From NCBI GenBank assembly GCA_003218705.1, contig QHOI01000157.1, positions 1-46,962 of the forward strand: 46,962 nt of DNA, written 5' to 3'. The DNA is from Verrucomicrobiota bacterium. GTDB lineage: Bacteria > Verrucomicrobiota > Verrucomicrobiia > Chthoniobacterales > UBA10450. A model generated the notes under the pieces. That model was not told the DNA's origin and ran no database searches. It saw nothing but the letters and a program-made list of their open reading frames with translations. A program made the position numbers and the translations under genes. This document shows, in pieces, positions 10,171 through 19,657 of the stretch (the stretch's first letter is position 1; the number at the start of each line of letters is the position of its first letter).

Positions 10171-10950
10171 ATGAGTATCGGGTTACTAGGACAGAAAATC
10201 GGCATGACCAGCGTCTACGACGCCAACGGTCGGCTGCATCCTGTGACCGTGATCGCGGCGGGCGATAACGCTCTTCTGCGTCGCCTGACCAACGAAAATG
10301 ACGGCTACTCGGCCGTGCAAGTTGGGTTCGATTCGCAAAAGGAATCACGCGTGAACAAAGCCGAGCTCGGCGTCTTCAAGAGCGCGAACTCCGAACCGAA
10401 ACGCTTCGTCCGCGAATTTCGTCTAACGAGTGATCTGGCCGAAGGCGAAGTGGACCTCACCGTCACCCAATTTCAGTCGGGCGATTTTGTCGACGTGATT
10501 GGTCGCTCCAAAGGCAAAGGCTTCCAAGGCGTGATGAAGAAGCACAACTTCGATGGGCAAGGCGCGGCGCACGGCTCGAAGACGCATCGCCGCAATGGTG
10601 CCGTCGGCAATCGTTCCACTCCGGGCCGCATTTGGAAGAACATGGGCATGCCCGGTCATCTCGGCGACGAGCGCGTAACTGTGCAAAACCTGCAAGTGAT
10701 GCAGGTGCGCGAGGCCGAGAAAGTGATTTTGATCAGCGGCGCAGTTCCCGGTTGTAATGGGAGTTATGTGGTCGTTAGGCCGGCGATTAAGAATCCCGCA
10801 GCTCAGATAAAGCTGCACCAACAGCACGCAAAACAAGATAAGGCCGTCGCGAAGAAACACGAAGCTGAAAAGAAATCGGAAGAGAAGAAGCCTGAAGCAG
10901 AGAAGAAACAGGAAGCCGAAAAAAAACCTGAGGCGGCAGAGAAGAAATGA
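10171..10950 (+). CDS. rplC: 50S ribosomal protein uL3
   Basis: MSIGLLGQKIGMTSVYD...; 259 aa with a ~50-aa K/E/A-rich C-terminal extension. Confidence 0.96.
   Translation: MSIGLLGQKIGMTSVYDANGRLHPVTVIAAGDNALLRRLTNENDGYSAVQVGFDSQKESRVNKAELGVFKSANSEPKRFVREFRLTSDLAEGEVDLTVTQFQSGDFVDVIGRSKGKGFQGVMKKHNFDGQGAAHGSKTHRRNGAVGNRSTPGRIWKNMGMPGHLGDERVTVQNLQVMQVREAEKVILISGAVPGCNGSYVVVRPAIKNPAAQIKLHQQHAKQDKAVAKKHEAEKKSEEKKPEAEKKQEAEKKPEAAEKK
10855..10947 (+). repeat. Degenerate in-frame tandem repeat encoding (K)KPEAEKK-type units in the uL3 tail
   Basis: The sequence gaagctgaaaagaaa...cctgaagcagagaagaaa...gaagccgaaaaaaaacctgaggcggcagagaagaaa translates to HEAEKKSEEKKPEAEKKQEAEKKPEAAEKK. Confidence 0.6.
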
Positions 10951-11555
10951 GCGCGAAAGTTTTAACCAAAGCCGCCGCCAAGGAAGCCAAGATCGACATC
11001 ATCGAGGATGGTCGTGGCTCGCAAGCCGTTCACGATGTCGTGGTCGCAATGCGCGCAGCGCGGCGTTCGGGTTCAGCGAACACGAAAACAAAGGCCGAAG
11101 TCGACATGTCGGGCGCGAAACCATGGCGGCAAAAGGGAACGGGTCGTGCACGCGCCGGTTACGTTTCATCGCCGATCTGGCGAGGTGGCGGCGTCGTGTT
11201 TGGTCCTAAGCCGCGCGATTACTCCAAGAAAGTTTCCAAATCAGTTCGACGCCTGGCGTTGCAAAAGGCGCTGAGCGAGCGAATCAAAGCCGGCGACGTC
11301 CTGACGATCGACAAATTTGCCGTTTCCGAAATCAAAACCAAAGCCTTCGTCGATCTTGTCCGGAAGCAAACCGACGCGACGAAGGTGCTGATCATTTCCG
11401 ATTTTTTTGACGACAAGACCCACAAGTCCGCGCGGAACGTGAAGCCGGTGAAACTTGCGACGGCGGCTGACGTGAACACGGAGCAATTGCTCGCGTTTCA
11501 GAAAATTTTAGTCACGCCGCAAGCACTCGAGAAATTGGCGGAGAGACTTCAATGA
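10947..11555 (+). CDS. rplD: 50S ribosomal protein uL4
   Basis: 202 aa, ...KPWRQKGTGRARAG...; ATGA overlap with rplC. Confidence 0.95.
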   Translation: MSAKVLTKAAAKEAKIDIIEDGRGSQAVHDVVVAMRAARRSGSANTKTKAEVDMSGAKPWRQKGTGRARAGYVSSPIWRGGGVVFGPKPRDYSKKVSKSVRRLALQKALSERIKAGDVLTIDKFAVSEIKTKAFVDLVRKQTDATKVLIISDFFDDKTHKSARNVKPVKLATAADVNTEQLLAFQKILVTPQALEKLAERLQ

Positions 11556-11836
11556 GAGAGCCGCACGACATTATCGAGACCGCGTCGCTGACCGAAAAAT
11601 CCATTTCGGTTCTGCGCGACAAGTTCAACAAGTACGTTTTCCGCGTCAACCCACGCGCGAACAAGATTCAAATCAAAGACGCGGTTGAGCGTTTGTTCCA
11701 AAAGAAGGTGGTCGATGTGAACACCTGTAACTACGCCGGAAAAGAAAAACGCGTTCGCGGACCGCTCGGCCGGCGCCCGCATTGGAAGAAAGCGATCGTG
11801 ACGCTGGCGAAAGGCGAGAAGATCGAACTGGTGTAA
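11552..11836 (+). CDS. rplW: 50S ribosomal protein uL23
   Basis: 94 aa, ...YVFRVNPRANKIQIKDAVE...; ATGA overlap with rplD. Confidence 0.95.
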   Translation: MREPHDIIETASLTEKSISVLRDKFNKYVFRVNPRANKIQIKDAVERLFQKKVVDVNTCNYAGKEKRVRGPLGRRPHWKKAIVTLAKGEKIELV

Positions 11837-11839
11837 TTT

Positions 11840-12688
11840 ATGGCGCTCAAAAGTTATCGTCCACTCACGCCGATTCAGCGGTTCAAGCAGACGCCCGCCT
11901 TCGATGAGATCACGAAGTGGCAGCCAACGCGCAGTTTACTCGAGCCGAAGAAAAAATCGGGCGGCCGGAACAACTACGGCCGGCTCACGTCGCGCCACAT
12001 TGGCGGCGGTCACAAGCAAAATTATCGCAAAGTCGATTTCAGACGCCGCAAGCACGGCGTCGCGGCCGAAGTGATGGGGATTGAGTACGATCCGAACCGT
12101 TCGGCGCGAATTGCTCTTATTAAGTACAGCGACGGCGAACTGAGCTACATCCTGGCGCCGAATGGCCTGCAGGTCGGCGCCAAAGTTGTCGCCGGTAACG
12201 ACGTCGCGCCCGATCTTGGCAATTCATTGCCGCTGCGCGCGATTCCGCTCGGCACCAACATTCACAACATCGAACTAAGCCCCGGCCGGGGCGGTCAAGT
12301 TGCGCGCAGCGCCGGTCAGCAAGCGATCCTGAACAATCTCGAGGGCGGCTACGCGCTCGTGAAAATGCCGTCCGGCGAAGTCCGCCGAATTCACGAGAAC
12401 TGTTTCGCCACCATCGGCCAGGTTGGAAACGTCGATCACATGAATGTGGCCAGCGGCAAAGCCGGGCGCACGCGTTGGCAGGGACGTCGTCCGCACGTGC
12501 GCGGGATGGTGATGAACCCGATCGACCACCCGATGGGCGGCGGTCAGGGCAAATCAAAGGGCGGCGGCGGACGTCATCATCCAGTCAGTCCATGGGGGCA
12601 GCTGGCCAAAGGATTTAAAACACGCAGTAAACGCAAGCCGAGTGACCGATTCATTCTCGAGCGCAAGCGAGCGAACAAGAAAGGTTGA
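11840..12688 (+). CDS. rplB: 50S ribosomal protein uL2
   Basis: 282 aa, [11 protein letters not shown]...GGGHKQ...[10 protein letters not shown]... Confidence 0.96.
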   Translation: MALKSYRPLTPIQRFKQTPAFDEITKWQPTRSLLEPKKKSGGRNNYGRLTSRHIGGGHKQNYRKVDFRRRKHGVAAEVMGIEYDPNRSARIALIKYSDGELSYILAPNGLQVGAKVVAGNDVAPDLGNSLPLRAIPLGTNIHNIELSPGRGGQVARSAGQQAILNNLEGGYALVKMPSGEVRRIHENCFATIGQVGNVDHMNVASGKAGRTRWQGRRPHVRGMVMNPIDHPMGGGQGKSKGGGGRHHPVSPWGQLAKGFKTRSKRKPSDRFILERKRANKKG

Positions 12689-12693
12689 TTTTT

Positions 12694-12972
12694 ATGGGAA
12701 GATCACTAAAGAAAGGACCCTTCGTCGAATCGCATCTTCTGGAGAAGATCGACAAGATGAACGCGTCGGGCTCGAAAAAGGCGATCAAGACCTGGTCGCG
12801 ACGCTCGATGGTAACGCCGGATTTTGTCGGCCACACGTTTTTGGTGCACAACGGAAAGATATTTAATTCCGTTTTCATCACCGAGAACATGGTCGGTCAT
12901 AAGCTCGGCGAGTTTTCGGCTACCCGAATCTTTAAGAAACACGGTTCGCACACGGCGAAGGTGACCAAATAG
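12694..12972 (+). CDS. rpsS: 30S ribosomal protein uS19
   Basis: [11 protein letters not shown]...HNGK...; ATG at 12694, 5 nt after the rplB stop. The ORF-track start at 12685 overlaps rplB. Confidence 0.95.
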   Translation: MGRSLKKGPFVESHLLEKIDKMNASGSKKAIKTWSRRSMVTPDFVGHTFLVHNGKIFNSVFITENMVGHKLGEFSATRIFKKHGSHTAKVTK

Positions 12973-13764
12973 TTGAGAATTTTTTTGGCAGTGTTGGGCT
13001 GCGTAACGCTGGCTCGAGGGCTGGCGGCAGAGGGAAATAGTTCTTTGTCAGAATCCAAAATTGAAAGCGCGGAGCAAAAGATCACCGCGGAATCGCTGCT
13101 GGCGCAGAACGAAGATTTGCGCAGGCAATTGTCGATTCAACAGGAGTCGCTCAAGACAGTGACAGCGAGCCTGGCGGAATCGAATGCGGAAGCGGAAGTG
13201 TTTCGCCGCAAATATTCCGACCTGGAATCGCGGATGGCAGCGTTGGGGCTGGCGTCGGCGAGCAAAGATCGGGCAAAACTCGAGCAACGTTTGCTTGCCG
13301 CAGTAAGTGATCTTCGGTTGGCGCAAAGAGAGGGCGATGAGCTTCGCGATCAACTACTTGGTTTGAACGAGGCCCTGTTGCGATATTTGCAGACATCGCA
13401 GGGTGGCGACGCGCAGGCGCGGATGGACGTGGAAACGCAATTGCGCAAAACGAACCAGCTGGTGGGAAGATCGATCCCGCCGCTGCGGGACGCGCAAGAG
13501 CCGCAACCGAGTTTGATGGACGGCAGTGTCCTGAGCGTGAAGGACGAATGGTCTTTTGTGGTTGCGAACATTGGCGAGCAGCAAGGCGTCAAGATTGGGA
13601 TGCCGCTGCGAGTAATGCATGGGGAACAAAAGATTGCGACCCTGAGGGTGGTGGACGTGCGACAGCGAATTTGCGGTGCGGTAATTGAGGATTCTGGAAA
13701 AGAGAAAATAAAAGTGGGCGATCGCCTCCAGGCGGATGCCCGCTCGAATGTGACTTTAAAATAG
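12973..13764 (+). CDS. Hypothetical exported coiled-coil protein inserted between rpsS and rplV
   Basis: The 263-codon frame exactly fills the rpsS-rplV gap, with a TTG abutting the rpsS TAG and its own TAG abutting the rplV ATG. It has a signal-like N-terminus (MRIFLAVLGCVTLARGLAA), ~140 aa of heptad-like E/Q/L/R-rich sequence and a beta-rich C-terminal ~80 aa. The start codon is uncertain (TTG at 12973, or an internal GTG/TTG). Confidence 0.65.
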   Translation: MRIFLAVLGCVTLARGLAAEGNSSLSESKIESAEQKITAESLLAQNEDLRRQLSIQQESLKTVTASLAESNAEAEVFRRKYSDLESRMAALGLASASKDRAKLEQRLLAAVSDLRLAQREGDELRDQLLGLNEALLRYLQTSQGGDAQARMDVETQLRKTNQLVGRSIPPLRDAQEPQPSLMDGSVLSVKDEWSFVVANIGEQQGVKIGMPLRVMHGEQKIATLRVVDVRQRICGAVIEDSGKEKIKVGDRLQADARSNVTLK

Positions 13765-14223
13765 ATGGAAGTTAGATCGATATATAAGTACGCGCGGATT
13801 TCGCCATTCAAGGTGCGCGAAGTCACGCGAGAGATTCAGGGTCTGCCGGTTTCGGCGGCACTCGACATTCTTGCTTTCACGCCCAAGAAAGCGGCGTTCC
13901 TGATCAACAAAACGCTCAAGAGCGCGATCGCGAACGCGGAAAACAATGCGAACTTGAAAGCCGACGGTCTGGTGGTCAAGGAAGCGGTCGTGGGCGAGGG
14001 CCCGACTTTTAAACGAATGACGCCGCGCGCTCGTGGCAGCGGCAGCCGGATTTTGAAACGGACGAGCCATATCAGGATCGTTTTGACGGACGACGTAGCA
14101 ATTGAGACTCGCGAGACTCGAAAAGCGAAACGCAAGCAAGAAAAGAAAACAGGGGAGGCCGGAGCAAAATCGACAGCGGCGAAAAAAGATAAGAAGAAGA
14201 CCGCGAAAGCGGCCAAGAAATAA
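13765..14223 (+). CDS. rplV: 50S ribosomal protein uL22
   Basis: MEVRSIYKYARISPFKVREV...; 152 aa with a K-rich C-terminal extension. Confidence 0.95.
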   Translation: MEVRSIYKYARISPFKVREVTREIQGLPVSAALDILAFTPKKAAFLINKTLKSAIANAENNANLKADGLVVKEAVVGEGPTFKRMTPRARGSGSRILKRTSHIRIVLTDDVAIETRETRKAKRKQEKKTGEAGAKSTAAKKDKKKTAKAAKK

Positions 14224-14226
14224 TTT

Positions 14227-14916
14227 ATGGGACAAAAAGTTAATCCGATTGGATTCAGACTCGGGGTGAACCGTGATTGGCGGTCGCGCTGGTACGCGTC
14301 GCCCCAAGAGCTGCCCGCGTTTTTGCACAGCGATCTCGAGATTCGCGCTTACGTGAAGAAGAAGCTGCAATTCGCCGCGGTCTCGAAAATTGTGATCGAA
14401 CGCGCGTGGAATTCAATTCGCGTGACCATTCACACCGCCCGTCCCGGCATAGTCATCGGCCGCAAAGGCGCCGAGATCGAGAAGATGACGGAAGAAATTT
14501 CCAAGATGGCGCAGGGCAAACAAATCAAGATTGACATCCAGGAGATCAAAACACCGGAACTCGACGCGCAGCTCGTCGCGGAAAACGTGTCGCTGCAAAT
14601 CGAGCGTCGAATCGCTTACCGCCGGGCCATGAAAAAAGCGGTGCAGGTAGCAATGGATTTCGGCGCGGAAGGGATTCGCTTGCGTTGCTCGGGCCGATTA
14701 AACGGCGCAGAAATTTCGCGCTCGGAATGGTACCGCGAAGGGAAGGTTCCACTGCACACTTTGCGCACTCCGATTGACTATGGTTTCGCCGAAGCAAACA
14801 CCGTTTATGGCAAGATCGGCGTGAAATGCTGGATGTGTAAGAAGGAAGAGGCGCCGAGCGAAGCCCCACTTGCAATGGCTCCGCCACCGCCGCCAGCTGA
14901 GCCGGTCGAAGCCTAG
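14227..14916 (+). CDS. rpsC: 30S ribosomal protein uS3
   Basis: [24 protein letters not shown]...; Pro-rich C-terminal tail. Confidence 0.96.
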   Translation: MGQKVNPIGFRLGVNRDWRSRWYASPQELPAFLHSDLEIRAYVKKKLQFAAVSKIVIERAWNSIRVTIHTARPGIVIGRKGAEIEKMTEEISKMAQGKQIKIDIQEIKTPELDAQLVAENVSLQIERRIAYRRAMKKAVQVAMDFGAEGIRLRCSGRLNGAEISRSEWYREGKVPLHTLRTPIDYGFAEANTVYGKIGVKCWMCKKEEAPSEAPLAMAPPPPPAEPVEA

Positions 14917-14924
14917 GAATTTTT

Positions 14925-15350
14925 ATGCCGTTGATGCCCAAACGAGTGAAGTATCGGAAGTCCCAGCGGGGAAGCCGCAAAGGGACTGCTTCGCGCAATT
15001 TACGAATCAATTTTGGCGAGTTCGGATTGCAAACGCTCGAGCGCGCGTGGATCACGAACACGCAGATTGAAGCGGCGCGCGTGGCGTTGACCCGCAACAT
15101 GAAACGCAAAGGCAAACTGTGGATCCGGATTTTTCCGGACAAATCAGTCACGGCGCGTCCGCCGGAAACGCGAATGGGCAAGGGAAAAGGTCAGCCGGAG
15201 TTCTGGGTCGCGACGGTGAAGCCCGGAAACATTTTGTTTGAGCTCGACGGTCTGACCGAATCGGTCGCGCGCGAGTCGCTGCGACTAGCGGCGGACAAAT
15301 TACCGGTGCGCACGAAATTTATTAGCCGTCACCACGTGGCCGCGGCCTAA
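14925..15350 (+). CDS. rplP: 50S ribosomal protein uL16
   Basis: [16 protein letters not shown]... Confidence 0.96.
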   Translation: MPLMPKRVKYRKSQRGSRKGTASRNLRINFGEFGLQTLERAWITNTQIEAARVALTRNMKRKGKLWIRIFPDKSVTARPPETRMGKGKGQPEFWVATVKPGNILFELDGLTESVARESLRLAADKLPVRTKFISRHHVAAA

Positions 15351-15355
15351 CGAAC

Positions 15356-15589
15356 ATGAAAATTAAAGAAATAGTTGAGATGAGCACGGACGAGTTGCTG
15401 ACAAAACGGCGCGATCTCCGCCAGGAACGTTTGCATCTGCGTTTGCAACAGCAGAGCGGCCAGCTCGAGCAGCCAAGCCGGCTGCGTTTGCTGCGGCGCG
15501 ATGTGGCGCGGATCGACACGATTCTTTCCCAGCGGGCCAAGCAACCACAGGCCATTCCCGCCGCAGAACCAAAGCCGAAGAAGAACTAA
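15356..15589 (+). CDS. rpmC: 50S ribosomal protein uL29
   Basis: 77 aa, MKIKEIVEMSTDELLTKRRDLRQERLHLR... Confidence 0.92.
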   Translation: MKIKEIVEMSTDELLTKRRDLRQERLHLRLQQQSGQLEQPSRLRLLRRDVARIDTILSQRAKQPQAIPAAEPKPKKN

Positions 15590-15592
15590 TTT

Positions 15593-15904
15593 ATGGCCGA
15601 GCAAGCAACCCAAGATCGACAATCTACGGCGCAACCGCCACCGTTGCCGGCGAAGTACACGCGGGCGGCGCGCAAGACGCGCGTCGGCGAAGTCATTTCC
15701 GAGCGGATGAACAAGACGATCGTGGTCCGGACGATCACGCGCGTGCCGCATCCGAAGTTCGGCAAGATTGTGAAACAGATCCGAAGATTTTACGCGCACG
15801 ATGAGGAGAACAAGGCGAAGACGGGCGACACCGTCCGGATTATGGAAACGCGGCCGCTGAGCAAATTGAAACGCTGGCGATTAGTAGAGGTGCTTCAGAA
15901 GTAA
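15593..15904 (+). CDS. rpsQ: 30S ribosomal protein uS17
   Basis: 103 aa with a core of ...[31 protein letters not shown].... About 20 extra residues at the N-terminus. Confidence 0.93.
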   Translation: MAEQATQDRQSTAQPPPLPAKYTRAARKTRVGEVISERMNKTIVVRTITRVPHPKFGKIVKQIRRFYAHDEENKAKTGDTVRIMETRPLSKLKRWRLVEVLQK

Positions 15905-15909
15905 TTGTT

Positions 15910-16275
15910 ATGGTGCAGCTTCGATCGAGACTTGACGTCGCGGACAATACCGGCGCGCGGATGGCGACGATGATCGGCGTGATCGGCAAGGCCACGCTTT
16001 ACGCTGGGATTGGGGACGTCATCACTGCGAACGTGAAAGAAGCGAGCGCGACGGGCACGGTGAAAAAGGGCGAAGTCGTGCGAGCGGTCCTGGTTCGCAC
16101 GCGGCAAGCGATTCGTCGCGATGACGGCTCTCTTCTGCGATTCGACAACAACGCGATCGTGATCATCGACAAGGATTTGAATCCTCGCGGGACGCGCATT
16201 TTCGGTCCGGTCGCGCGCGAACTGCGCGAGCGCAATTTTATGAAAATCGTTTCGCTGGCTCCGGAGGTTTTATGA
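15910..16275 (+). CDS. rplN: 50S ribosomal protein uL14
   Basis: [17 protein letters not shown]... Confidence 0.96.
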   Translation: MVQLRSRLDVADNTGARMATMIGVIGKATLYAGIGDVITANVKEASATGTVKKGEVVRAVLVRTRQAIRRDDGSLLRFDNNAIVIIDKDLNPRGTRIFGPVARELRERNFMKIVSLAPEVL

Positions 16276-16571
16276 GCCGGATGAAATTTCATGTTAAAAA
16301 AGGAGACGAAGTAGAGGTGATCTCCGGGAACTTCAAAGGTTCGAGCGGCAAAATTCTCGAGGTGTTGTCAAGCAAACAGCGAGTGCTGGTTGAAGGCGTG
16401 CGGATTATTAAAAAGCATCTGCGCAAATCGGAAGACAATCCGCAGGGCAAAATCGCCGAACGCGAAGGGCCGATTCATATTTCGAACGTGAAATTGGTCG
16501 AGCGCGAGAAGAAGGCCGAAAAGAAAGCGAAAACGAAGCCGAAGAAAGAGGCTGAGAAGAAGGCGGCCTAA
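16272..16571 (+). CDS. rplX: 50S ribosomal protein uL24
   Basis: [25 protein letters not shown]...; ATGA overlap with rplN. An alternative ATG is at 16281. Confidence 0.94.
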   Translation: MSRMKFHVKKGDEVEVISGNFKGSSGKILEVLSSKQRVLVEGVRIIKKHLRKSEDNPQGKIAEREGPIHISNVKLVEREKKAEKKAKTKPKKEAEKKAA

Positions 16572-17179
16572 TGGAAAACGAATTTTACCGTCATTACAAA
16601 GACCGCGTGGTGCCCGCTTTGCGCGAACGGCATAAGTACAAAAACGTCCACCAGATTCCGCGGGTCCACAAAGTGGTGATTAACACTTCGGTTGGTTCGC
16701 AGCCGGACATCAAGCAGGCTTTGGACGAAGCAAAAGTGGAGCTGGCGCTCATTACCGGGCAACAACCGGCCGAGACGCGCTCGAAAAAGAGCATCGCCAA
16801 TTTTAAATTGCGCAAGGACCAGATTATCGGCGCGAAAGTTACACTGCGTGGTGATCGGATGTACGAATTTCTAGAGCGATTGATTAAAGCTGCGCTCCCG
16901 CGGATTCGAGATTTTCGAGGTGTTTCACCCCGCTGTTTTGACGGGAACGGCAATTACACACTCGGTGTCCCCGATCAGACAATCTTTCCCGAGATCGAGA
17001 TGGACAAAATCAAGCGCAACATCGGTTTTGATGTTACAATTGTGACCACCGCGCGAACGGACGAGGAGGCCAAATCGCTCTTGAGCGAACTGGGAATGCC
17101 TTTTTCCGATCGCGCGAAAAAGCTCGCCACGGCGAGTCCGTCCGAAGGCGGACCGGCTGGGCAAGAGCAAGCCGCCTGA
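16571..17179 (+). CDS. rplE: 50S ribosomal protein uL5
   Basis: 202 aa, ...[18 protein letters not shown]...; TAATG overlap with rplX. The C-terminal tail is about 20 aa longer than usual. Confidence 0.95.
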   Translation: MENEFYRHYKDRVVPALRERHKYKNVHQIPRVHKVVINTSVGSQPDIKQALDEAKVELALITGQQPAETRSKKSIANFKLRKDQIIGAKVTLRGDRMYEFLERLIKAALPRIRDFRGVSPRCFDGNGNYTLGVPDQTIFPEIEMDKIKRNIGFDVTIVTTARTDEEAKSLLSELGMPFSDRAKKLATASPSEGGPAGQEQAA

Positions 17180-17184
17180 ATTTC

Positions 17185-17583
17185 ATGAGTACTGTTACAG
17201 ATCCAATTGCAGACCTGCTTGCTCGCATGCGCAACGGCGCGCACGCGCAAAAGATCGAGATCTTCGTGCCGTACTCCAAGCTGAAAGCCGAGGTTGTCCG
17301 GATTCTGAAGAATGAAGGTTACATCAGCGATTACGAAGTCGACACGAAGGCGGCGCATCCGCGCATCAAAATCACGAACAAGCTGGTCGATCACACTTGC
17401 GCCATCACCGGATTGAAACGGGTCAGCCGGCCCGGTCTACGGCGTTACGTCGGCGCCGGCGAAATTCCGCGCGTGCTCGGTGGAATGGGAACGGCGATTT
17501 TGTCGACGTCGCGCGGTATTATGTCCGGTCGTGAAGCCAAGAAACAAAAAGTGGGCGGCGAACTGCTCGCCTACGTTTGGTAA
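17185..17583 (+). CDS. rpsH: 30S ribosomal protein uS8
   Basis: MSTVTDPIADLLARMRNG...; starts 5 nt after the rplE stop, so no rpsN lies between them. Confidence 0.96.
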   Translation: MSTVTDPIADLLARMRNGAHAQKIEIFVPYSKLKAEVVRILKNEGYISDYEVDTKAAHPRIKITNKLVDHTCAITGLKRVSRPGLRRYVGAGEIPRVLGGMGTAILSTSRGIMSGREAKKQKVGGELLAYVW

Positions 17584-17588
17584 GTTTT

Positions 17589-18128
17589 ATGTCGCGAATT
17601 GGAAACAAACCGGTCGACATTCCCGACAAAGTCAAAGTCAACATCGACAATGACGGCGGCGTTTCGGTGGAAGGCCCGAAAGGCAAACTCAACTGGAAAT
17701 TGCCACGGCAAATCACGGGCAACGTGAAAGACAATCATGTCTCGCTCGCGCGCGGCGCGGAAACTCGCAGCGTGAAAGCGTTGCACGGACTATCCCGTGC
17801 GCTCGTGCACAACATGGTCGTCGGCGTGAGCGAAGGTTTTACGAAACAGCTCGAGATCGAGGGCGTCGGTTTTAAAGCGGCAGTGCAAGGAACGAATCTC
17901 AATCTTAGTCTCGGTTTTTCGCACCCGATCCTGTTTCCGATTCCAAAGGACATCAAAATCACCGTCACCGATCAGACCAAGATCATGGTTCAAGGCGCGG
18001 ACAAGAAAGTTGTCGGCCAGGTTGCGGCGGACATTCGCCGCTATTACCCGCCGGAGCCGTACAAGGGCAAGGGCGTGCGTTACGCCGGCGAGCAAATCCG
18101 TCGCAAGGAAGGCAAGACGGTCCAGTAA
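17589..18128 (+). CDS. rplF: 50S ribosomal protein uL6
   Basis: [17 protein letters not shown]...; ATG at 17589, 5 nt after the rpsH stop. Confidence 0.95.
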   Translation: MSRIGNKPVDIPDKVKVNIDNDGGVSVEGPKGKLNWKLPRQITGNVKDNHVSLARGAETRSVKALHGLSRALVHNMVVGVSEGFTKQLEIEGVGFKAAVQGTNLNLSLGFSHPILFPIPKDIKITVTDQTKIMVQGADKKVVGQVAADIRRYYPPEPYKGKGVRYAGEQIRRKEGKTVQ

Positions 18129-18132
18129 TTTT

Positions 18133-18498
18133 ATGGCGACGTTCAATCGAAAAGCTGCGCGGGAGCGATTGCATCGGCGAATCCGGAAAAAAATTTCCGG
18201 CACGTCGACGCGTCCGCGTTTGTCGATCTACTTTTCTGGGAAACACGTTTATGCGCAGGTAATTGATGATGACGCGGGCAAGACGTTGATCGCAGCTTCA
18301 ACCGCCGAGAAGGACGTGCTTGGGAAAAGTAAAGCCGCCGCCAATCGTGCGAGCGCCGAAGTTGTCGGCAAAGTGATTGCCGAGCGCGCTCTTGGAAAAA
18401 AGATCGACAAAGTCGTGTTCGACCGCGGCGGATTCCAATATCAAGGCAAAGTAAAAGCGCTGGCCGATGCGGCCCGCGAAGGTGGATTAAAGTTTTAA
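18133..18498 (+). CDS. rplR: 50S ribosomal protein uL18
   Basis: [46 protein letters not shown]...; ATG at 18133 within the longer ORF 18010-18498. Confidence 0.95.
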   Translation: MATFNRKAARERLHRRIRKKISGTSTRPRLSIYFSGKHVYAQVIDDDAGKTLIAASTAEKDVLGKSKAAANRASAEVVGKVIAERALGKKIDKVVFDRGGFQYQGKVKALADAAREGGLKF

Positions 18499-18502
18499 TT
18501 TC

Positions 18503-19063
18503 ATGGCAGCACCAGGACAAGGCAGACGACCAGACTCCCGTCATCAGGACAGAACGCCGGCGGCAAGAGGCGACACGACCGAGAAGGTCGTGTTCATCAA
18601 CCGCTGTGCAAAAGTCGTGAAGGGGGGACGGCGTTTCAGTTTTAGCGCGCTAATCGTGGCTGGGGATCACGACGGCAGCGTTGGTGTCGGCTTCGGAAAA
18701 GCAAACGAAGTTTCGGAAGCGATTCGCAAGGCTTCCGAGTCAGCGCGGAAATCGATGGAAAAAGTGTCACTTCACGAAAACACGATTCCGCACGAGACGA
18801 TCGGCGAGTTTGGTGGCGGGCGCGTTCTGTTACGACCGGCTTCACCGGGAACCGGGGTGATCGCGGGCGGCGGTGTGCGCGCGGTCGTGGAAGCGGCGGG
18901 AATTCGTGATGTGCTCGCGAAATCTCTCGGCTCGAGTAATCACGCCAATGTGGTGAAGGCGACTATCGCAGCGTTGAAATCGTTGCGCCGCAAAGATGAA
19001 ATTTTCAAAGTGCGCGGAATCAAAGGCGGCGGCGACGGAAAAGCGGCCGCGCAAGGGACATGA
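18503..19063 (+). CDS. rpsE: 30S ribosomal protein uS5
   Basis: ...[27 protein letters not shown]...; 186 aa with a basic N-terminal extension. Confidence 0.95.
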   Translation: MAAPGQGRRPDSRHQDRTPAARGDTTEKVVFINRCAKVVKGGRRFSFSALIVAGDHDGSVGVGFGKANEVSEAIRKASESARKSMEKVSLHENTIPHETIGEFGGGRVLLRPASPGTGVIAGGGVRAVVEAAGIRDVLAKSLGSSNHANVVKATIAALKSLRRKDEIFKVRGIKGGGDGKAAAQGT

Positions 19064-19638
19064 TGCGGTTGCATAATCTTAGGCCGCGTCCGGGCGCTCG
19101 GCATCGGGTCAAGAGACTTGGTTCCGGCGAAAGCTCCGGCCACGGAAAAACGAGCGGCAAAGGCCATAAAGGTCAAAAGGCGCGCTCCGGTGGCAGCATT
19201 CGTCTTGGATTCGAAGGCGGACAGATGCCACTAATTCGACGTTTGCCGAAGCGTGGGTTCAACAACGCCGCTTTTCGCGCGACCTACGCGATCGTGAACC
19301 TGAGCGATCTGAACGAATTTAAAGCCGGCACGGTGGTGAACGAAGAGTTGCTGCGCGAATCGAAGCTTGTGCGTGGCGATGTTGCTGGAATCAAAATTTT
19401 GGGCGACGGAGAATTGAAGCACGCGCTGAAGATCGAAGCGGACAAAGTCAGCGAATCGGCCAAAGCAAAGATCGAGAAGGCTGGGGGAACGATCACGATG
19501 CGGGAACCGGCAACACGAAAGCCGACGGCGGGCGCGGACGACGTCGATCAAACGGCCAAAGAATCTGAAGCCGCAACTAAGTCGAAGAAAAAATCGACAA
19601 CGGCGAAGGCAAAAAGGAAGGCTTCCAAGAAGCGGTAG
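19060..19638 (+). CDS. rplO: 50S ribosomal protein uL15
   Basis: [44 protein letters not shown]...; ATGA overlap with rpsE, so no rpmD lies between them. About 45 aa of K/A/T-rich C-terminal extension. Confidence 0.95.
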   Translation: MMRLHNLRPRPGARHRVKRLGSGESSGHGKTSGKGHKGQKARSGGSIRLGFEGGQMPLIRRLPKRGFNNAAFRATYAIVNLSDLNEFKAGTVVNEELLRESKLVRGDVAGIKILGDGELKHALKIEADKVSESAKAKIEKAGGTITMREPATRKPTAGADDVDQTAKESEAATKSKKKSTTAKAKRKASKKR

Positions 19639-19657
19639 CGCCGGCGTGAATTTCTAA

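Noticed and set aside
13756-15181. Minus-strand ORFs 13756-14370 (204 aa) and 14546-15181 (211 aa) over rplV/rpsC/rplP
   Set aside because: They are antisense to highly conserved r-protein genes, and their products are Arg-rich nonsense-like sequences.
17180-17184. Possible hidden rpsN (uS14) between rplE and rpsH, or rpmD between rpsE and rplO
   Set aside because: Only 5 nt separate rplE and rpsH, and rpsE and rplO overlap. No alternative frame there encodes an S14- or L30-like peptide.
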